A stretch of DNA of 32,000 bases. Source: Desulfurivibrio alkaliphilus AHT 2. Lineage in GTDB: Bacteria; Desulfobacterota; Desulfobulbia; Desulfobulbales; Desulfurivibrionaceae. The DNA is taken from NCBI RefSeq assembly GCF_000092205.1, contig NC_014216.1, positions 1,337,742 to 1,369,741 of the forward strand, written 5' to 3'. Of this stretch, positions 8,412-16,773 are shown one piece after another; position 1 is the first letter of the stretch, and every line of letters starts with the position of its first letter. A program made the translations under genes and the position numbers. Below the pieces are notes generated by a model that searched no databases, was not told the DNA's origin, and saw only the letters and a program-made list of their open reading frames with translations.

Positions 8412-9158
8412 TTATTCACCGTAGCCTTGCTGCAAAGCCTTGCTGATCGACCGGCGGGCGGCGTCCCGCAACTCCTCCGGGGTGGGCGCTCCCTGCTCCG
8501 GTGCCGGCCAGGCCACCGGTGGCAGAATGACCACCCTGATCCGGCCGGGGTTGAACAGGAGGCTGCCCGGCGGCAGCACCCGCCCCGAGCCCAAAATACA
8601 AACCGGCACCACCGGGCGGCCGGCGGCCACGGCCAGTTGAAAAGCCCCTTTCCGAAAACGCCTCATCCGGCCGGTCCGGGAGCGGTGCCCCTCCGGCCAG
8701 ACGATGATCGAGCTGCCGAGCCCCAGTAGCAGTCGCCCTTGCCTTTCCACCTCGGACCAGCCGGTGCGGGAGTCAATATAGCCGGCTCTTCGCATGATTT
8801 GGCCGTAAAAAGGCATTTTAAACGGCCAGCTGGTAACAAAGGCGTTCTCCACCGGCAACAGGCCAAAGAGATAAGGATCCATGGCCGAGTTGTGATTGGC
8901 CACAAAAATTGCCGGCAAAGGCAACTCCCCGGCCCGGTTTTCCAGGGTAACCCGAACGGCCGGCCGGCCCAGCCAAAGCAGAAACCCGCCGAACTGGCGG
9001 ACGGCAAGGCGCAAAGTCCGCCCGGGGGATTTTTCCCCCACCACCATTGCGCCGGCCATAATCAGCGGCAGGGCAAGCCCGAACAGGATGGTAACCAGGA
9101 CAAACAGCGGCCAGAAATAAAGATTGACCCATAACTTCTCAAGTCTGCTGACCACCAT
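8412..9158 (-). CDS. PlsC-family 1-acyl-sn-glycerol-3-phosphate acyltransferase-like protein
   Basis: N-terminal TM helices, an HX4D motif (FVANHNSAMDP) and a VWPEGHRSRTG (PEG-x-R) block. Confidence 0.8.
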   Translation of the reverse strand: MVVSRLEKLWVNLYFWPLFVLVTILFGLALPLIMAGAMVVGEKSPGRTLRLAVRQFGGFLLWLGRPAVRVTLENRAGELPLPAIFVANHNSAMDPYLFGLLPVENAFVTSWPFKMPFYGQIMRRAGYIDSRTGWSEVERQGRLLLGLGSSIIVWPEGHRSRTGRMRRFRKGAFQLAVAAGRPVVPVCILGSGRVLPPGSLLFNPGRIRVVILPPVAWPAPEQGAPTPEELRDAARRSISKALQQGYGE

Positions 9159-9408
9159 GGACCCCTTTCAACCTGATCAGGAGTTCAAAAAGGTCGTTCA
9201 TGGTACGTACCGCCTGCAAACTTTCTTTGTCGGTCAGCTTCATGCCAAAGGTTTTTTCCAGGACCACCACCATGTCGACCGCATCCAGGCTATCCAGCCC
9301 CAAATCGTCAAACAGGGTTGCCTCGGGCTTCATCGCTTCCGGGTCCAGCTCAAACTCTTCAGCCAGGGTCTCTACTACCTTGCGGCGCAACTCGTCATCG
9401 GTCATCAT
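9139..9408 (-). CDS. Acyl carrier protein
   Basis: 89 aa and acidic. The phosphopantetheine site motif is DLGLDSLDAVDMVVVLE. ATGA overlap with the upstream KS stop. Confidence 0.85.
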   Translation of the reverse strand: MMTDDELRRKVVETLAEEFELDPEAMKPEATLFDDLGLDSLDAVDMVVVLEKTFGMKLTDKESLQAVRTMNDLFELLIRLKGVHGGQQT

Positions 9409-10655
9409 GACTCAAACCTCCCAATCACCAGAGCTGAATTGACGCCACCAAGAGCAAAATTATTCTTCAGTACCGTCTTCAAGTTTCTTTTCTCCAATTT
9501 ATCGATCAAATCCACCACCGCGCAGGCCGGGTCGGGGTTGGCCAGGTTGAGGGTGGGCACAATTTCCTGTCGGCGCAGCATCTCCAGCACCAGGATACTT
9601 TCCAGGGCCGCCGCCGCTCCCAGGGTGTGGCCGATGTGCCCCTTGCAGGAACTCACCGCCGCCTCCGGGCCGACCACCATGCCGATGGCCCGGGCCTCGG
9701 CCCGATCACCCTGCAGGGTGCCGGTGGCGTGGGCATTGACATAATCCACCCGGCTCCCGTCAAGCCCGGCTTCCGCCAGGGCCTTGCGCATGGCCCCGGC
9801 CATGGCGTCTTCATGCGGGTTGGCGATATGTTCGCTGTCGCTGACATTGCCAAAACCGGTGATCTCCCCCAGGATTTCCGCTCCCCGGGCCCGGGCCGCC
9901 TGGTAGTTTTCCAGCACCAGGATCCCGCTGCCGCCGCCACAGACCACGCCGTCCCGGTCCCGGTCAAAGGGGCGGGGGGCGGAGGCGGGCTCGGCATTGC
10001 TCTGCGAGGCCGCCCGCACCACATCAAAGACCCCGGTCACCGAAGGGTGAACCTCGTCGGCGCCGCCGCACAGTACCGCCTGCTGGCGACCGCTCTTCAC
10101 CAGCAGGTAACCCAGCCCGATGGCCTGACAAGCCGAAGCACAAGCGCTCACCGGGGCCCACTGCTCACCGCGAATCCCCAGGGTCAGGCAAATGTTGGCG
10201 GCACAACTGTGCCCCATGATTTTAAAAAATTCACCCGACTTGATCCCATCAATGGCCTCATCGGGCAGATAGCGCCGGTAAAAATCCTCGTAGGCGGACG
10301 GGCTGCCGGTGGTGGAACCCACCGCAACACCAACCTCGCCTGAGGCCAAAAACTCTTCGCTCAATGCCGCCTGCGCCACCGCCTCCCTGGCCGCCAAGGC
10401 GGCATAAACCGCCATGGGCCCCATGGTTCGGCGCAGGTTGCGCGACAGCACTTCTTTGACCGACAGTTCCGGCACCGGGGCGGCCAGCAGGCTGTTGAGG
10501 CCTTCTATCCTCCCCCACTGCGGCATGGCCTGCACGGTGGAGCGGGAGGCCCAGACACCCTCCACCAGGGCCTCAGCCCCCTGACCATAAGGAGATACGG
10601 CGCCGCAACCGGTAATGACCACTCTGTTTAGCGACACTGCCTGACCTCTTCCCAC
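9405..10655 (-). CDS. Beta-ketoacyl-ACP synthase (KAS I/II, FabB/FabF-like), catalytically complete
   Basis: RVVITGCG N-terminus, active-site PVSACASACQAIG, then NAHATGT and CKGHIGHTLGAAA (Cys-His-His). The start is uncertain: GTG 10655, or GTG 10637 preceded by GGAAGAGG. Confidence 0.9.
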   Translation of the reverse strand: MGRGQAVSLNRVVITGCGAVSPYGQGAEALVEGVWASRSTVQAMPQWGRIEGLNSLLAAPVPELSVKEVLSRNLRRTMGPMAVYAALAAREAVAQAALSEEFLASGEVGVAVGSTTGSPSAYEDFYRRYLPDEAIDGIKSGEFFKIMGHSCAANICLTLGIRGEQWAPVSACASACQAIGLGYLLVKSGRQQAVLCGGADEVHPSVTGVFDVVRAASQSNAEPASAPRPFDRDRDGVVCGGGSGILVLENYQAARARGAEILGEITGFGNVSDSEHIANPHEDAMAGAMRKALAEAGLDGSRVDYVNAHATGTLQGDRAEARAIGMVVGPEAAVSSCKGHIGHTLGAAAALESILVLEMLRRQEIVPTLNLANPDPACAVVDLIDKLEKRNLKTVLKNNFALGGVNSALVIGRFES

Positions 10656-12178
10656 GTCTTTTCAATTTCCAGGATCTCACCGGCACTGACCAGGCCGGCC
10701 AGGGCCGCCCCCACCACCCCGGTCATCAGGGTACTCTGGCCGCTCAGCCAAAAGCCCGGCAACCTGGTCCGGGCCACCGGATTATGCTGCAACAGAGAGT
10801 GCTGGGCCCCGTAAGCCGCACCCTCGGGGGCCGCCAGCTCGTCGCGGAAGGTAAGCGGCGTACCCACCGCCAACGGGCGCAGGGAGCCGTACCTGTCCCC
10901 CCAGTGCTGCCGGGTGGCGGCAAGCATCTCACCGGTCACCTCTTCCTTCCAAGCTTCGTAGTCGGCCGGACGATTGCGGGGAGTACTGGCCCAAAACCGC
11001 TTACCTTCGCGCCAAAATGCGGGGCTCAGCAATATAATCCCCCGGTTGGGTTCCCGCAAGCTTCCCGTCTCCCGTCTTTCCGGGCTGGTCATCATCAGCG
11101 CCCGGTGGCGCAAAGCTTGCTCCCGGCTCTGGGCAATAATGTCCAGTCCGGCGGGCAGCTTATAATAGTTGTTCCAGTCCGGCGGCGGTACCTCGGGGCC
11201 GTCCGGGACGGCAAAGACCGCATGCATGGAGCAGGTGTTCTGCAACTCCTGCAATCTCTTCAGGTAAATCGGCCGGAACAGGGCGGCGGGCACCATGGCC
11301 GGCACCGCCGCCGGATGCCCGGTAAAGATGACCTCCCGGCAGCTGATCACCTGCTCCCGGTCGGTGACCACCCCGGCCACCCGGTCATGTTCCACCAGCA
11401 CCTTAACCACCCGGTTCCCGGTCAACACCCGGGCTCCCGCCTGATCCAGCACCTGCAAATAGGCATCCACCACCGCCTGGCCGCCGCCGTCGATGGTATA
11501 AGCCCCCTGGTAAAAACCATGGGCCACGGTGGCATGGACCGGAAAAGCGGCCGCCTCCGGCGGTACGCCGTAAAGAAAGACCGGGGCCGCCAACGCCGCC
11601 TGCAGTTGCGGGTTGTCGGTAATGGCGCGCAAGTACTCCGCCAAGGCTTGCGGCCGCTCTTTAAACCCCCGCAGAAAAGGCGACAACGGCAAATCAAGAT
11701 TATAAAACGGCACCTCCCGGCAAACCTGTTTCACCTGCTCCAGGTAAGCCGTAATCGCCGCCCGCTCGGCGGGGAAAAGGCGTTGCAGTTCCTCGGCCAG
11801 CCGGGAGTAATTAAAGTATGCGCGAACGGGCCGGGCACAGCCGGTGATGTGCAAGGCATCGTGGCCGTCGGCCGGAAACGGCCGGATTTCAAGCCTGGAG
11901 CGCACCCCCAGATAATCCCACAGCACCGCAAGGATCTCGCCTTCTCCCAGGCAACCGGTGTAATGGAACCCGACATCAAAGGAAACGCCCTGCCGTTTGA
12001 AGCGTTTCAAGGCCCCACCGGGCCGGGCGGTGCGCTCCAGGATCGTCACCTCCCGCCCTTTTCGGGCCAGCAGGGCGGCGGCGGTCAAGCCGCTGATGCC
12101 GCTGCCGATCACCACCACCTCTGTGTTCTGATCACCTTTGATCAAGGTCGTACACCTCACGTCCCAGCGGGTTGTCAT
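10628..12178 (-). CDS. FAD-dependent oxidoreductase of the phytoene desaturase (CrtI-like) family
   Basis: The dinucleotide fold reads VVVIGSGISGLTAAALLARKGREVTILERTARPGG. Length of 516 aa and the C-terminal GQSTLMTGVVGAALAG are typical of CrtI-like amine-oxidase-fold enzymes. Confidence 0.8.
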   Translation of the reverse strand: MTTRWDVRCTTLIKGDQNTEVVVIGSGISGLTAAALLARKGREVTILERTARPGGALKRFKRQGVSFDVGFHYTGCLGEGEILAVLWDYLGVRSRLEIRPFPADGHDALHITGCARPVRAYFNYSRLAEELQRLFPAERAAITAYLEQVKQVCREVPFYNLDLPLSPFLRGFKERPQALAEYLRAITDNPQLQAALAAPVFLYGVPPEAAAFPVHATVAHGFYQGAYTIDGGGQAVVDAYLQVLDQAGARVLTGNRVVKVLVEHDRVAGVVTDREQVISCREVIFTGHPAAVPAMVPAALFRPIYLKRLQELQNTCSMHAVFAVPDGPEVPPPDWNNYYKLPAGLDIIAQSREQALRHRALMMTSPERRETGSLREPNRGIILLSPAFWREGKRFWASTPRNRPADYEAWKEEVTGEMLAATRQHWGDRYGSLRPLAVGTPLTFRDELAAPEGAAYGAQHSLLQHNPVARTRLPGFWLSGQSTLMTGVVGAALAGLVSAGEILEIEKTWEEVRQCR

Positions 12179-12181
12179 TAT

Positions 12182-13444
12182 TCATAAAGCCTGCACCACC
12201 AAGCTGGCGTTAACCCCGCCGAACCCCGCCGCGTTGCACAGGATAAAGCGCGGCGACTGGGCCAGCGTTGCCGTGGGTATCCGCAGCTTGGCTGCCTCCG
12301 GGGCCGGCTCGACCAGGTTGGGATGCGGGCCGACAAAGCCCGCCCGGCTCATCAACAGGGCATAGATAACCTGGGAGGCCCCGGCCATCCAGAACTCGTG
12401 CCCGGTCAGGGCCTTGGTCGCCGCCACCAGCGGCCCCGGTTTTCCCCGGTCGAGCTCGAAAAGCCGGCACAGGGCCTGGGCCTCCTTCTCATCGCCCACC
12501 GGGGTGGAGGTGGCGTGGGCCATCACCAGGTCAATTTGCTCCGGCTCCAGCCCGGCATCGGCAATGGCCCCGGCCATGGCCCGTTCCATCCCCTCGCCGC
12601 TGGGAACGGAAATATGATAGCCGTCGGCGGCAAAATCATAACCGCAGATTTCCGCCAGAATCTCCGCCCCCCGGGCCCGGGCCGTCTCTTCGGCCTCCAG
12701 CAGCAGCATGGCCGCCCCTCCGCCGGGCACCAGACCGTCCCGGCCCTGATCGAAGGGGCGGGAGGCCTGGTGCGGGGCCTCTTCCCGCCGGGCAAAAGCG
12801 CCCACCGCATCGAAGCTGCACATGGACTGCCAGGAAATCTCCTGCCCGCCGCCGCAAAGCATACGGTCCTGCCGCCCTCCGGCGATCAACTCGGCGGCCT
12901 GACCGATGGCCATCGCGCCGCTGGCACAGGCACCGCTTACCGTCCAGGAAGCGCCGCGCAACTGCAGCTTGGTGCACAGGTTCAAGGTTACAGTGCTGGT
13001 GAGCAGGCGAAAGATATGGCCGCTGCCGATCCCGCGGGTCTCCCCGGCCGCCTTCAACATCTCGCACTGCTCAACCCCGGTGACCACCGACGAGTCATTG
13101 CCGAAGAGAAAGCCGGTGCGGGTCTCCCCGGCCAACTCGGCCGCCTCCACCCCGGCCTGTTCCAGGGCCTGGCACAGGGCGTCCCAGGTCCACCAGCCAA
13201 ATTCCGGCAGCTTGCTGCGATATTTGCGATCCAGGGGATAGCGCGGCACAAAGCCGTCAATCACCCCGCTCAGGCCGCTCTGGAAACCCAGTTCCTTGCG
13301 TTCCGGCAACAGGGCAATCCCGGGGGTGCCGGCCTTAAGGGCCGCCTGCACCTCACGGCGCGACAACCCCAGGCAGGAGACAATCCCCATTCCGGTCACC
13401 ACCACCCGCCGTTGTTTAACCGGCCGCCCGTGCATCGATATCAC
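12182..13444 (-). CDS. Beta-ketoacyl-ACP synthase (KAS I/II-like), catalytically complete
   Basis: RVVVTGMG, then TVSGACASGAMAIG, MAHATSTPVGD and TKALTGHEFWMAGA (Cys-His-His). GTG start at 13444 (GTGA overlap with the upstream stop), or ATG at 13435. Confidence 0.9.
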   Translation of the reverse strand: MISMHGRPVKQRRVVVTGMGIVSCLGLSRREVQAALKAGTPGIALLPERKELGFQSGLSGVIDGFVPRYPLDRKYRSKLPEFGWWTWDALCQALEQAGVEAAELAGETRTGFLFGNDSSVVTGVEQCEMLKAAGETRGIGSGHIFRLLTSTVTLNLCTKLQLRGASWTVSGACASGAMAIGQAAELIAGGRQDRMLCGGGQEISWQSMCSFDAVGAFARREEAPHQASRPFDQGRDGLVPGGGAAMLLLEAEETARARGAEILAEICGYDFAADGYHISVPSGEGMERAMAGAIADAGLEPEQIDLVMAHATSTPVGDEKEAQALCRLFELDRGKPGPLVAATKALTGHEFWMAGASQVIYALLMSRAGFVGPHPNLVEPAPEAAKLRIPTATLAQSPRFILCNAAGFGGVNASLVVQAL

Positions 13445-14868
13445 CCTTCAATCCGCTGATTGGAGCGGGCAAAACGCAGAAAACTGGAGAGATTGCCCAT
13501 AAACCGCCACCAGCTGTGGGGGGATTGCCAAAGCATGGCCAGGTAGCCCAGCCACACCCGGGGCCGCATGAAATGACTGCGGTAAAATTCCAGGAAGAGC
13601 TCCTCCAGCCGTTGCCGGGTCATCCCCTTGGTCACAAAAACAAAATTCATGCAGTCCATCTTCCGGTAATCTTCCTCAAACTCGCCCAGTTCGTGAATTT
13701 TTTCATAAATGGGGGAGCCGGGAAAAGGGGTGAATTTGGCCAGGTTGAAATCATCGATGGGCAAGGAAAAGACATAGCGCATGCTGCGTCGCACACTCTC
13801 CTCGGTTTCTCCCGGCAGGCCCAGCATCAGCAGCCCTTTAACCCTGATCCCGGCCCGGTGAATATCGTGGATCACTTTGGCCAGCAGGTTAAGATCGGCA
13901 TTCTGCCGGTGCTGGGCCAGCAGATCGGGATCGCCGGTTTCAATACCCAGGCTGATCATCCAGCAACCGGCTTTTTTCATTAAGGCCAGCAGCTCCGGGT
14001 CCACATGTTCGGCCCGGACCGCGCAGTTGAAGGTCATGTTAAGCGGTTCTTCGATCAGGCGCCGGCACAGCTCCACCACCCGGCCCCGGTGGAAGGTGAA
14101 CTGATCGTCGTAGAAATTAAGGTGGCGAACCCCCCAGCGCTGCCGCAGATGCTGCATGTGCCGGTAAACATAGTCGGCGGAGTTGTATTTAAAGCTGCGC
14201 CGGAAGACCGAGCGGTCGCAGTAGCTGCAGGAGTAGGGACAGCCCCGGCTGGACAGGCAACTGGCGTTGGGATGGGTGGGGTAGTTGAAGATCGGCAATT
14301 GGTATGCCTCGGGGTAGCCACGCAACTTTTCGTAGGCCGGCAGGGGCAGGTCGTCCAGTTCCACCCCCCGGCCCTGCAGGCCGGTAAAATGTACCCCGGA
14401 GTCGGTGCGAAAAACCAGCCCCTCGATACTTGCCAAAGGGGCTCCCTGCAGCAGTTGCGCCAGCGGTAACTCGCCCTCCCCCACCACGGCGCAATCAACT
14501 TCCGGATACTGCTGCAGGATCTTCTCTTTCATGGCCGAAACGTGAACCCCGCCCAACACCGCCTTGATTTCCGGCCTGGCCCCCTTGACCATGCGCACGA
14601 TCCGCACCGCGTCAAGAAAGCCGTTGGTGGTGCAGGTCAGGCCGATCCAATCCGGCCGATGCTCATCGATGTAGGCCATAATACGGGCATCGGAATCCAG
14701 ATGGGCAAAACAGTCGATGATGGCGGTACGGCAACCCTGCTGATCCAGGTAGGCGGCGATACTGCACAGCCCCAGCGGCGGCATCAGGTTGGCCAGTCGC
14801 GCGATATCGGTCTTGCTGCCATCGGCGGTGTAGCCCAGAGGGTGAATCAGAAGAATGTGCTTGGCCAT
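13441..14868 (-). CDS. B12-binding-domain radical SAM protein (class B)
   Basis: ILLIHPLGY...MPPLGLCSIAAYLDQQGC forms the B12-like domain, and SSRGCPYSCSYCD is the CX3CX2C motif. The track start 14901 lies inside a MITE; I prefer the ATG at 14868 (MAKHILLIHP), preceded by GGAAGG. Confidence 0.85.
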   Translation of the reverse strand: MAKHILLIHPLGYTADGSKTDIARLANLMPPLGLCSIAAYLDQQGCRTAIIDCFAHLDSDARIMAYIDEHRPDWIGLTCTTNGFLDAVRIVRMVKGARPEIKAVLGGVHVSAMKEKILQQYPEVDCAVVGEGELPLAQLLQGAPLASIEGLVFRTDSGVHFTGLQGRGVELDDLPLPAYEKLRGYPEAYQLPIFNYPTHPNASCLSSRGCPYSCSYCDRSVFRRSFKYNSADYVYRHMQHLRQRWGVRHLNFYDDQFTFHRGRVVELCRRLIEEPLNMTFNCAVRAEHVDPELLALMKKAGCWMISLGIETGDPDLLAQHRQNADLNLLAKVIHDIHRAGIRVKGLLMLGLPGETEESVRRSMRYVFSLPIDDFNLAKFTPFPGSPIYEKIHELGEFEEDYRKMDCMNFVFVTKGMTRQRLEELFLEFYRSHFMRPRVWLGYLAMLWQSPHSWWRFMGNLSSFLRFARSNQRIEG

Positions 14869-14883
14869 CACTGCCTTCCAGTC

Positions 14884-15033
14884 GTAAACGTTCAGCAGCA
14901 CCGCATCTTCGGGCCAGCAGCCAGGCTTGAGTACCCGGTGTACGCGGCGCCTGGCTGCTGGCCCGAAGCTACGGCACTGCTGAACGTTTACGGCCCGTTA
15001 AATCAACAGGTTAACACTCTGACAAACGGTTAC
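14884..15033 (+). mobile_element. MITE copy 3 (150 bp, most diverged tail)
   Basis: Starts GTAAACGTTCAGCAG and ends GACAAACGGTTAC. The flanking 8-mers TTCCAGTC and CCCCATTC are only partly alike (5/8), consistent with an older insertion. It sits 15 nt upstream of the operon start codon. Confidence 0.8.
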
Positions 15034-15167
15034 CCCCATTCAGGTTTCTCCGACGAGTGCCTTACCATTTCATTGCTGCAATGAGCGGCAAAACTAGCAT
15101 ATCCCACGCCTGGGCACAAGGATTTGGTAAGTTTTATTAAATTTAGCCCAACTTGCTGAAATTTGCC

Positions 15168-15195
15168 GTGACCAATATTACGCTTGTGTTATAAT
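15168..15195 (+). promoter_or_regulatory. Candidate sigma70 promoter with extended -10 for the 15316 operon
   Basis: GTGACC (15168-15173), 16-bp spacer, TGtTATAAT (15187-15195). This is a consensus match only. Confidence 0.4.
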
Positions 15196-15315
15196 GGCCG
15201 CCGCCGCATCGGGGCAAAGTTTAACTCGGCCGTGGAGGGATCATTTTGCCTTGTCTTCAGCGCCGGCCGGTAACGCCCCCCCGGAATTTCGGCCTAACTC
15301 TATGAAAACGTCGAC

Positions 15316-16611
15316 ATGCAAATTCTGCTGATCAATCCACCCAATTGCGGGCGCAGTATCCCCGAGGAACGCTACGGCATCACCTCGGTCCGTCAGATCT
15401 TCCGAGGCGAGCCCCTGGCGCTGGAAGAACTGGCCGGCAACCTGACCGCCCACGATGTCCGCATCCTGGACCTGAAGGCCGAGCCCGACGGCCTCGACCG
15501 GGCCCTGAACCAAGGTCTACCGGACCTGGTGGGCCTTACCGGGGTAACCTGCGAGGCCAACACCGTTCGGCGACTGGCCGGGGAGTTTAAAGCGGCAGGA
15601 GTGAAAAACGTGGTGGTGGGCGGCATTCACGCCAGCAACGACCCGGCCTTTTTCAACCATGAGGAAATCGATTACATCTGTATCGGCCTGGGCAAACTCT
15701 CTTTCCGGGAACTGGTGGAAGCCCTGGAGCAGGGTCGGCAACCGGCGGATATTCCCGGCATAGCCAAGACCTCCCCGGGCGGGCAACTGCAATGGCTTGA
15801 GCGGGACTACCGGGAGGACGACCTGGTCTCCCACCGTCCGCCAGCCTACCAACTGGTCGCCTCTTACCGGGACCACTACCGGCTGGAAAGGCTGAAGGTA
15901 ACCATGGGCTTTGTCGTTTCCGCCGCCGGGTGCCCCCACCGCTGCTCGTTCTGCTGCATCAAGGGCCAATGCGGCGGCCGCTACCTGACCCGGCCCGAGC
16001 AGGAGGTGATCCGCGACATCGAACTGCTGGCCGACATTCCGGTAATCCGGCTGATTGACGCCAACACCTTCGGCAACCCCGAACAGGCCCGCAGGCTGGG
16101 CGAGGCTATCCGCGCAGCAAGGCTCAACAAACAATTTCTGGCCGATGTCCGCTCCGATACGGTGGTCAATCATCCGGAGCTGATGCAACTGTGGCGGGAA
16201 GCGGGATTGAGGGCGGTGATCATCGGCTTTGAAGAACTGGATGATCGCAGGCTTACGGCCATGAACAAGGCCAACCGGGCGGCAATCAACCGGGAAGCGG
16301 TGGGAGTGCTCCAGGAACTGGGAATCACCATTGTCGGCGATTTCATCGTTTCTCCCGGCTACCACGAGGAAGATTTCCAGCGCCTAAGCGATTACCTGGC
16401 CGCCAGCCGGATCGACTTGCCCATCATCACCGTGCTCACGCCCCTGCCCGGCACCGCCTACCATCGCCAGCAGCGCAACGAGATCATCAACCACGATCTC
16501 GACTATTACACCCTGACCAACGCCGTCACCCCCACCAGGCTGGCGGAAGAAGAATTTTACCGGCTCTATGCGGAACTGGTCCGCAACAGCCATCAACAGG
16601 CCAAACTGTGA
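15316..16611 (+). CDS. B12-binding-domain radical SAM protein (class B)
   Basis: MQILLINPP...DLVGLTGVTCEANTVRRLAGEFKAAGVKNVVVGGIH forms the B12-like domain. AAGCPHRCSFC is the CX3CX2C motif. Confidence 0.85.
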   Translation: MQILLINPPNCGRSIPEERYGITSVRQIFRGEPLALEELAGNLTAHDVRILDLKAEPDGLDRALNQGLPDLVGLTGVTCEANTVRRLAGEFKAAGVKNVVVGGIHASNDPAFFNHEEIDYICIGLGKLSFRELVEALEQGRQPADIPGIAKTSPGGQLQWLERDYREDDLVSHRPPAYQLVASYRDHYRLERLKVTMGFVVSAAGCPHRCSFCCIKGQCGGRYLTRPEQEVIRDIELLADIPVIRLIDANTFGNPEQARRLGEAIRAARLNKQFLADVRSDTVVNHPELMQLWREAGLRAVIIGFEELDDRRLTAMNKANRAAINREAVGVLQELGITIVGDFIVSPGYHEEDFQRLSDYLAASRIDLPIITVLTPLPGTAYHRQQRNEIINHDLDYYTLTNAVTPTRLAEEEFYRLYAELVRNSHQQAKL

Positions 16612-16618
16612 ACCAATG

Positions 16619-16768
16619 GTAATCGTTCAGCAGCACCGCACCTTCGGGCGATCAGCCAGGCTTGAGTACCAGTGTACGCGGCGCCTGGCTGCTTGCCCGA
16701 ATCTGCGGCACTGCTGAACGATTACGGCCCGTTAAACCTGTAAGTTAGTACCCCTGATGAACGGTTAC
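16619..16768 (+). mobile_element. MITE copy 4 (150 bp)
   Basis: Perfect 8-bp duplication AACCAATG at 16611-16618 and 16769-16776. The second copy contains the ATG of the downstream gene. Confidence 0.9.
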
Positions 16769-16773
16769 AACCA

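Noticed and set aside
15111-15128. TGGGCAC-aagga-TTTGG as a sigma54 (-24/-12) promoter.
   Set aside because: There is an extra G in the -24 element, and the -12 element is TTTG rather than TTGC. No enhancer-binding protein gene is nearby, and a better sigma70 extended -10 promoter lies 60 bp downstream.
15302-15331. A 9-codon uORF (MKTSTCKFC) overlapping the start of the 15316 rSAM gene out of frame.
   Set aside because: It has no SD and conservation is unknown. It is most likely a chance ORF.
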